Below, in pieces: positions 38,957 through 46,625 of a stretch of 46,625 bases of DNA. The stretch spans positions 1 to 46,625 of the forward strand of contig JBKPAK010000262.1 in assembly GCA_046726415.1 (NCBI GenBank), read 5' to 3'. This stretch comes from Candidatus Methylomirabilota bacterium. Lineage in GTDB: Bacteria > Methylomirabilota > Methylomirabilia > Rokubacteriales > CSP1-6. The notes beneath the pieces are model-generated. The model saw only the letters and a list, made by a program, of their open reading frames with translations, made no database searches and was not told the DNA's origin. The stretch's first letter is position 1. Each line of letters begins with the position of its first letter. The position numbers and the translations under genes are program-made.

Positions 38957-39519
38957 CGGTCGGCGGGCCGGGCGCTGGCGCGCGGCCGGTAGAGCCAGAC
39001 GGCCACCGGCCCGATGATGAGCAGGGCCACGATGAGCGAGACGTGGAACACGCTCACGCTGATGCAGGTCACCAGCACGATCACCACGTCGTGGACGCGA
39101 TCCAGTTCCTTCCGGCCGATCTGCAGGGTCACCGCGAGGAGGAGGCCGACCGCGGCCGCCGCCACCCCATCGAGCGCGCCGGTGAGCGCCGGGTTGTGGC
39201 GGTGCTCGCCGTAGAGGACGCCGAGGACCATGACGACCACGGTCCCCGGCAGCGTCATGCCGCAGAACGCCGCCAGCGCACCCGAAATCCGGCGCAACTT
39301 GTCGCCGACCAGGATGCTCATGTTGGTCGAGTTCAGGCCGGGCAGCGTCTGGCTCACCTCGAGCGCGCTCAAGAACTCCTCGTCGTCCAGCCACTGGCGA
39401 TTGTTGACGAGCATCTCGCGGAGATACGCCACCACCCCGCCGCCGAAGCTGGTGGCGCCGATGAGGAGGAAGGTGCGGAAGATGGCGCCCAGGGAGACCG
39501 GCGCGGGCGGCTCACTCAC
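38953..39519 (-). CDS. Short-chain CHR subunit (partner)
   Basis: IGATSFGGG, WLDDEEF and SQTLPGLNSTN motifs. Confidence 0.88.
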   Translation of the reverse strand: MSEPPAPVSLGAIFRTFLLIGATSFGGGVVAYLREMLVNNRQWLDDEEFLSALEVSQTLPGLNSTNMSILVGDKLRRISGALAAFCGMTLPGTVVVMVLGVLYGEHRHNPALTGALDGVAAAAVGLLLAVTLQIGRKELDRVHDVVIVLVTCISVSVFHVSLIVALLIIGPVAVWLYRPRASARPADR

Positions 39520-40414
39520 GATTGGTCACCGGCGTCGGGCCTCGGCCGTAGATCACGCCCGTCTTCGTCGCGTTGAGCTGTACCCAATCGCGGGCCGTGA
39601 GCTGGAGGGTGCGAAAGAACTCCTCGGAGCGCTTCTTGGCCTTGTGGTGCAACTCCTCGTACCGCTCGAACTTGCATTGGTAGGCGAACTCGCCGATGAG
39701 TGGGGTCTGCGGGCCCCGGTCGCGCCACACGGCGATGGTGGCCTTGGCCTTCAAGCCATGCCCGAAGTGCAGCTCACCGAGGTCGGCCAGCACCTCCTCG
39801 GTGGCCATGCCGTTGACGAGCTGGATCGGCGTTCCCGGCGGTACGTCGAGCCGTTGGAGGGCGGGGAGAAGGGCCGCCACCTCCTCGAAGGGGCGAACCC
39901 GCAGAGGCAGGGCGATGGTGACCGTGCAGTTGTGCGAGAAAAGACTGCGCATCCCGCCGAGACCGTCGCGCAGGGTGAGCAGCTCTTCCTTGAACTTGAT
40001 GAGATGCGAGAGCCGGCCCCGGGGTCGAACATCGGCGGCGGCCGCGGTGCTCATGTCGGCGTGCCGGAACTTGAGCACGACCTCATGGTCGTCCACCGGC
40101 CAGCCATTCTTGTAGGTGGTGCGTTGACGCAGGATGAACGAATTGTTGTAGAGGTGGAACGAGGGCGTGTCGAAGAAGAGCACCTCGCGGATCTGTGACT
40201 CCGAACGCTCCTCGCGGAAGAGGGCCACGTCGAGCTGTTCGGCAGCGTGGCGCACCAGCCGCGAGAACTCGGTGAAGCTGTGAGCCGTGGTGAACCGCGT
40301 GGGCTGCAGGATCAGCTTGTATTCCCGGTAGTGGATCTGATCCAGCGGATGACCGTCGGAGTAGGTTCGGGTGGCCGAGGGCGAGATGGCGCCGGGCGTC
40401 GCATCGGTGGTCAT
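39512..40414 (-). CDS. Hypothetical protein, CYTH/triphosphate-tunnel-like
   Basis: N-terminal YREYK (ExK-type motif), REVLFFDT...LYNNSFILRQR, VLKFR, KFKEE, EFAY and TKT. GGAGG RBS. Confidence 0.55.
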   Translation of the reverse strand: MTTDATPGAISPSATRTYSDGHPLDQIHYREYKLILQPTRFTTAHSFTEFSRLVRHAAEQLDVALFREERSESQIREVLFFDTPSFHLYNNSFILRQRTTYKNGWPVDDHEVVLKFRHADMSTAAAADVRPRGRLSHLIKFKEELLTLRDGLGGMRSLFSHNCTVTIALPLRVRPFEEVAALLPALQRLDVPPGTPIQLVNGMATEEVLADLGELHFGHGLKAKATIAVWRDRGPQTPLIGEFAYQCKFERYEELHHKAKKRSEEFFRTLQLTARDWVQLNATKTGVIYGRGPTPVTNRE

Positions 40415-40557
40415 GGCGGACGTATCCTCCGTCGTGGTGGACCTCGGTCGAGGGTATCGGCCGGAACCGCTCGATGGTGGAGCGGCCGCGCCGTTGATCC
40501 GGTATATTCTGGGGCGGTTCGTGATCGTCTCGCTCAGGCGAAGGGGAGAGCGCGCGC

Positions 40558-40953
40558 ATGCGACAGCGACCATGGTGGGCAGGAGCGGCCGCCGTCCTGG
40601 CGACTCTGGGGTTGATGCTCCAGAGCTGCACCATTCCGGTAAACACGGCGCGAATGGAAGCTCTGATGGTCAAAGCGGGTTTCCAGGTCAAGCGCGCCGA
40701 CACCCCGGAACGCCTGGCCCATCTCAAGACCCTCACCCCCCTCAAGATCGTCAAGCACGAGCGCGACGGGAAAGCCTACTACGTGTTCGCCGATCCGGAG
40801 GGCTGTCAGTGCGTGTACGTCGCCGACGAGGCGGCGTACCAGCGGTATCAGAAACTCGCGCACGACTCGCAGCTGGCCGCCGAGCAGCGGCTGGCCGAGA
40901 GCAACAAGGGCGGCGACATGCGCTGGGGAGTCTGGGACCCCTTCTTCTGGTAG
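40558..40953 (+). CDS. Hypothetical lipoprotein
   Basis: Lipobox LQSC; AGF...ADTPE and YYVFADPEGCQCVYVADEAAYQRYQ. Confidence 0.7.
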   Translation: MRQRPWWAGAAAVLATLGLMLQSCTIPVNTARMEALMVKAGFQVKRADTPERLAHLKTLTPLKIVKHERDGKAYYVFADPEGCQCVYVADEAAYQRYQKLAHDSQLAAEQRLAESNKGGDMRWGVWDPFFW

Positions 40954-40964
40954 CGGCCGCCCTG

Positions 40965-41170
40965 AACGGTGACGAGGCCCGTCGAAGCGCGACCGGTGCT
41001 GCCCAGAGGCGCTGGCCCACCTCGTAGCCTTCGACGGGTCGCCCGAGGTCGATGAGCGTGACCGTCGACGGCCTCGTGAACGTTGTGCGCCGCGATCTCG
41101 AGAACCACCTTCCGCGCGTCGCGGGCGCCATCGCCGATGTCTTCGACGACGGGCACACGATGCGCCGCAA
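40965..41170 (-). pseudogene. Degraded response-regulator receiver domain
   Basis: RVPVVED..ARDARKVVLEIAAHNVHEAVDG, then after a deletion or frameshift VTLIDLGRPVEGYEVGQRL (family pattern DIGLPGLDGYEV). Confidence 0.55.
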
Positions 41171-41305
41171 GTGCAGACGCATGGCCAATCCCTGCCCTGA
41201 GCGGAGTGTCAAACCGCGGGAAACGCCGCCAACTATATACAGCCCGCCGCGCGGGTGCCACTCCTCGCCCGGCCAGGACGAGGCCGCGCCCGGCGCCTCC
41301 GCCAC

Positions 41306-41354
41306 TTGACGGCCGGCGGTCTTCAAGTATATCCTCTGATCCGGATAGACGGAT
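41306..41354 (+). promoter_or_regulatory. Sigma-70 promoter with overlapping palindromic operator
   Basis: TTGACG (41306-41311), 18-nt spacer, TATCCT (41330-41335). ATCCG-N6-CGGAT (41339-41354) overlaps the ATG. Confidence 0.6.
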
Positions 41355-42294
41355 GATAGGGAATGCCAGGCTCTTCGACCGACTTAGCACGCTGGCCGAC
41401 CCCATCCGGTGCCGGCTCTTGCTCGTCCTCGACCGACACGAGTTGACCGTCTCCGAGCTCTGCACCGTGCTCCAGCTTCCCCAGTCCACCGTCAGTCGCC
41501 ATCTGCGCGTGCTCGCGGATGACGCCTGGGTGACGGCGCGGGCCGACGGCCCGAGTCGCCTCTATCGGCTGGCCGGTGGACAGCTCGAGGCGGGGGCTCG
41601 TCGACTCTGGCACCTCGTTCGCGAGCAGGTGACGGGCACCTTGGCTGCGTCGGCCGACGCCCAGCGCCTCGCGGGTGTTCTCGCCCAGCGGCGGACCCGG
41701 TCGCAGGAGTTCTTCTCGCGGACTGCTGGTCACTGGGACGGCGTCCGGGCGGAACTGTTCGGAGCCCGGCCCGATCTGGGCGCGGCGCTCGGATTTCTCG
41801 ACGATGACTGGACCGTCGGAGACCTCGGGTGCGGGACCGGCCCGCTGGCGTCGGCGCTCGCCCCGTTCGTGCGGCGCGTGATCGCCGTGGATCAGTCGAA
41901 GGCGATGCTGACTGCGGCTCGGCGTCGCCTCGGCGGTCTCGACAATGTCGAGCTGCGAGTCGGCGACCTCGAAGCGCTTCCCGTCGAGGGCGGGGAGCTG
42001 GATGCCGCCGCGCTCTTCGTCGTGCTCCACTACGCCGTCGAGCCCGCCCGCGCGCTGGCCGAGGCGGGACGTTGTCTGAGGTCGGGCGGCCGACTCGTCG
42101 TCGTGGACATGATCCCCCACGATCGCCAGGAGTATCGCCAGCAGATGGGCCATCTCTGGACCGGCTTCAGCGGCGAGCAGATGGCGGGATGGCTGGAGGA
42201 CGCCGGATTCAAGCGGTCGCGCTATCGGCTCCTGCCCGCCGATCCGAAGGCCAAGGGACCGGGGCTCTTCGCGGCCACCGCGCGCCGCGACTGA
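41353..42294 (+). CDS. ArsR-family HTH fused to a SAM-binding methyltransferase domain (SahR-like regulator)
   Basis: LADPIRCRLL...ELTVSEL...QSTVSRHLRVL and VGDLGCGTG motifs. Lies directly upstream of ahcY. Confidence 0.88.
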   Translation: MIGNARLFDRLSTLADPIRCRLLLVLDRHELTVSELCTVLQLPQSTVSRHLRVLADDAWVTARADGPSRLYRLAGGQLEAGARRLWHLVREQVTGTLAASADAQRLAGVLAQRRTRSQEFFSRTAGHWDGVRAELFGARPDLGAALGFLDDDWTVGDLGCGTGPLASALAPFVRRVIAVDQSKAMLTAARRRLGGLDNVELRVGDLEALPVEGGELDAAALFVVLHYAVEPARALAEAGRCLRSGGRLVVVDMIPHDRQEYRQQMGHLWTGFSGEQMAGWLEDAGFKRSRYRLLPADPKAKGPGLFAATARRD

Positions 42295-42330
42295 CGACAC
42301 CATGGAATCGCGAACAGGGAGAACGACCCG

Positions 42331-43824
<1,494 letters not shown>

Positions 43825-43827
43825 GCC

Positions 43828-44208
43828 ATGGCGGACAGCGAACGGTTGCAGAAGGGGCGGGACGTGCGCCGGAAGCTCATGGGCGAGGAGTATGTCGAGC
43901 GCATCAACCGGACGGTGTACGACGATCCGATGATGCAGAAGTTCATCGACGTGGCCAGCGAGAATGTCTTTGGCGCGCTGTGGACGCGACCGGGGCTCGA
44001 CCTCAAGACGCGGACGTTGATCTGCGTGGTCTCGGACGCGGCCACCGGCCGGCCCGAGGAGCTGGCCATCCACCTGCAGATGGCCCTGCGCCAGGGATGG
44101 ACCAAGGACGAATTGACGGAAGTGCTGATCCACCTCCTCGGCTACGTGGGCGCGCCCCTGGTGCGGGAGGCCATGCTGACCGCCAAGAAGGTCTTTGCCG
44201 ATTATTAA
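43828..44208 (+). CDS. Carboxymuconolactone decarboxylase family protein
   Basis: GRDVRRKLMG, FGALWTRPGLDLKTR, ELAIHL and YVGAP motifs. Starts 3 nt after ahcY. Confidence 0.85.
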   Translation: MADSERLQKGRDVRRKLMGEEYVERINRTVYDDPMMQKFIDVASENVFGALWTRPGLDLKTRTLICVVSDAATGRPEELAIHLQMALRQGWTKDELTEVLIHLLGYVGAPLVREAMLTAKKVFADY

Positions 44209-44380
44209 GATGGGGGGCCTCGAAAGGGCCCCCCAAGCCCCCCGCCGCTCGGGACGCCTCGGCGGAGCCGTGGCGTCCCTCGATACCGCGCGGCGATTGG
44301 GAGGGCCTACAAGGGTGGGGCCTCTCAAGCCTTCTGCGCGCGTCGCGTCGGGGGCAACCTGGGGGCTCCTCGATACTCCT
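44209..44380. repeat. Multi-hairpin REP/MITE-like intergenic element
   Basis: TGGGGGGCC/GGCCCCCCA (44211-44235), GGGACGCC-CGGC/GCCG-GGCGTCCC (44251-44279), a third imperfect stem, and CCTCGATAC occurring twice. Lies between convergent genes. Confidence 0.55.
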
Positions 44381-44387
44381 GCCTAGT

Positions 44388-45509
44388 TCACGGGCGGAGG
44401 AGTCGGTCGGAGAGCTGCACGAGCCGCCATCCGTCGCGGGCGCGCGGTGGCGAGGGCCACCACGCCCGCGGCCCCGCGTGGTGGAACGTTTCGAGAATCA
44501 GCGCGCGCTCGTGCGGCCCGGCGGCCGCGGCCAGGCGCAGACTCTCCGTGTAGGGAATGGATTCGTCGCCGGCGCCATGCGCGAGCAGGAGGCGCCCGGC
44601 CAGCCGGGGCATGACCGAAAGCGGTGACAGGGCATCCAGCGCCCGGCCGGCTCCCGCCGGCAACGCGGTCATCAGCGCTGGTACGGCCTCCGGGCGCCGA
44701 TTCGTGACGAGCGCCAGGAGCGCGCGGCCCGGCGAACCGACTCGCGCCTCCTCCGCACTCGTGTCGTCGGCGGGATGAGCGAGTCGCCTGGCGACGATGC
44801 GTTGCAGGTGCGCGCGGTCCGCATCGTCTCCCACGAAGCCGGTGAGGAGAGCCAGCAGCTTCCACCGGTTGTACTCTTCTTGCCGCACGGTCCAGCGACG
44901 CCCACCGAATTGATGGACTCCGGTGGTGATGAAGGCGATCACGTCGCGCAGGTCGGCGTAGCCGCCGAAGGCGCCCGCCACCCGAAGGTCAGTCACCTCG
45001 GCGGCCGCGAGCAGTGCCGGGCCCGCCCCGAAGCTGAAGCCGAGCACGCCGACCGGCCGCGGGCTCAGCGCGCGCAGATGTCCGAGCGCGGCCCGGACGT
45101 CGTCGACTTCGCGACCGGTGAGTTGAAAAGCGGCCAGTCCTTCGAACTGAGGCACGAGGACGAGCTGGCCATGGCGGTTCAGCGCGCGAGCCAGGCGCAC
45201 CAGCTCCGGATGCTCGCGCCCAACGGGTGACAGCCCGTGCACGAGCAGCAGGGTGCCGGTCTCGCGCGTCGGCCGATAGAGATCGGCGCGAAGCGCCCGC
45301 CCATGCCCGACGGGGATCTCGACCTGTTCGCGCGCGGTCTCGGCGTGGGCCGTCACCAGCCAAGACTCGAGAGCGGGCGCGGCCAGAGCGAGAGCCAGGC
45401 TCAGGGCGGACCCGTAGCGGATGCCGACGGCGACGACGACGACGAGCGTCATGGCCGCCATCCCAGCCCACGCCCGCCACCACACGTCACACCTGACCCC
45501 GGTTCGCAT
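44388..45509 (-). CDS. Membrane-anchored alpha/beta-hydrolase-fold protein
   Basis: ADLYRP, LLVHG, GFSFG nucleophile elbow, HGAGDESIP and a terminal His region. Start uncertain. Confidence 0.75.
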   Translation of the reverse strand: MRTGVRCDVWWRAWAGMAAMTLVVVVAVGIRYGSALSLALALAAPALESWLVTAHAETAREQVEIPVGHGRALRADLYRPTRETGTLLLVHGLSPVGREHPELVRLARALNRHGQLVLVPQFEGLAAFQLTGREVDDVRAALGHLRALSPRPVGVLGFSFGAGPALLAAAEVTDLRVAGAFGGYADLRDVIAFITTGVHQFGGRRWTVRQEEYNRWKLLALLTGFVGDDADRAHLQRIVARRLAHPADDTSAEEARVGSPGRALLALVTNRRPEAVPALMTALPAGAGRALDALSPLSVMPRLAGRLLLAHGAGDESIPYTESLRLAAAAGPHERALILETFHHAGPRAWWPSPPRARDGWRLVQLSDRLLRP

Positions 45510-45575
45510 TGTCCATGCACGAAGGTGACGGTGAGTCGGCCACCTCGGCTCGGGGTCGTGCCTGAATCGTCCGCG

Positions 45576-46625
45576 TCAAGTGGCCAGACAGGTCTCGAAC
45601 GGGGTGGCCTTTTCGCCGACGGATTCCGCCACTGCCGCGTGAACGATGCGGCCCCGCCAGATGTTCACGCCGCGGGCCAGCGCCTGATCGGCGAGCACGG
45701 CGTCGCGCACTCCCAAGGTGGCCAGGGTGAGCACGAAGGGCAAGGTGGCGTTGGTGAGGGCGAAGGTCGACGTGCGCGGCACCAGCGCCGGCATGTTGGC
45801 CACACCGTAGTGAAGCACGCCGGCGTGGCGATAGATGGGCGCCTCCAGAGTCGTGGGCCGGATCGTTGCCACGCAGGAGCCCTGATCGACAGCCACATCC
45901 ACGATGACGGCGCCTTCCTTCATCTTGCCCACCAGCGCTTCGTTCACCAGCACCGGAGCCCGCGCGCCCGGGATCAGCACGGCACCCACCAGGAGGTCGG
46001 CGCGGGGGACGATCTGCTCGATGTTGAAGCTGTTCGACATGACGGTCACCACGCGGCCCCCGAAGGCGTCGTCCACGTGCCGGAGCCGATCGAGGTTGAT
46101 GTCCAGGATCGACACGTCTGCGCCCAGGCCGATGGCGGTGCGAGAGGCGTTCAGGCCGACGGTGCCTGCGCCGAGAATGACCACGTTGCCGGGCGGCACG
46201 CTGGGAACACCGGAGAGCAGGACGCCCCGTCCGCCGTGGGCGCGGCCGAGATAGTAGGCACCCTCCTGCACGGCCAGGCGCCCGGCCACCTCGCTCATCG
46301 GCGTGAGGAGCGGAAGGCTTCCATCGGGCCGCTGCACGGTCTCATAGCCCAGAGCAATGACGTCGCTCTTCCGGAGCGCCTCGGTCAGTTGCCTATCGGG
46401 GGCGAGGTGCAGATATGTGAAGAGGACCTGTCCTGGCCGCAAGCGGGGCCACTCGGGCGGAAGGGGTTCTTTCACTTTCAGGATGAGCTCCGCCGATCTC
46501 CACACCTCGTCCGTGGTCGCGACGGTGGCCCCGTTGCGGGTGAACTCGTCGTCGCGGATGCCGCTACCCGTGCCGGCGCCGGTTTCCACGATAACGCGAT
46601 GGCCCCGCTCGGAGAGCGCGCGCGC
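45576..46625 (-). CDS. ald: Alanine dehydrogenase (5' end outside window)
   Basis: [34 protein letters not shown] and YGVANMPA...STFALTNAT motifs. Confidence 0.95.
   Translation of the reverse strand, partial: ARALSERGHRVIVETGAGTGSGIRDDEFTRNGATVATTDEVWRSAELILKVKEPLPPEWPRLRPGQVLFTYLHLAPDRQLTEALRKSDVIALGYETVQRPDGSLPLLTPMSEVAGRLAVQEGAYYLGRAHGGRGVLLSGVPSVPPGNVVILGAGTVGLNASRTAIGLGADVSILDINLDRLRHVDDAFGGRVVTVMSNSFNIEQIVPRADLLVGAVLIPGARAPVLVNEALVGKMKEGAVIVDVAVDQGSCVATIRPTTLEAPIYRHAGVLHYGVANMPALVPRTSTFALTNATLPFVLTLATLGVRDAVLADQALARGVNIWRGRIVHAAVAESVGEKATPFETCLAT

Overview
High-GC bacterial chromosomal window from a diderm (Pal, OprD-type porin, RND outer-membrane factor). Gene style and one intergenic multi-hairpin repeat resemble Ca. 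Rokubacteria/Methylomirabilota; this is an inference from memory, not a database result. The window has four zones. (1) 1-7.8 kb: small stress/envelope genes, several preceded by sigma-54 (-24/-12) promoter motifs, including an overlapping nucleotidyltransferase + metallophosphoesterase pair. (2) 8.1-11.3 kb: nitrite/sulfite reductase plus siroheme synthesis. (3) 11.5-35 kb: a decayed accessory zone where intact genes (porin, GH15, LOG, Ca/H exchanger, RND pump) sit among many gene fragments joined by deletions. It contains an in-frame aspA'-dcu'-DASS' chimaera, two IS91/ISCR-like transposase remnants (one ending in an oriIS-like motif), and an 8.8-kb transport block bounded by an exact 59-bp direct repeat of a gene 3' end. 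(4) 35-46.6 kb: a diiron HDO-fold enzyme + flavin monooxygenase + nitroreductase, a CYTH-like + CHR-pair operon, an ArsR-methyltransferase (SahR-like)-ahcY-CMD operon with a candidate operator, and ald. No rRNA, tRNA or CRISPR array was seen. All family calls come from motifs recognised by eye; no searches were run.
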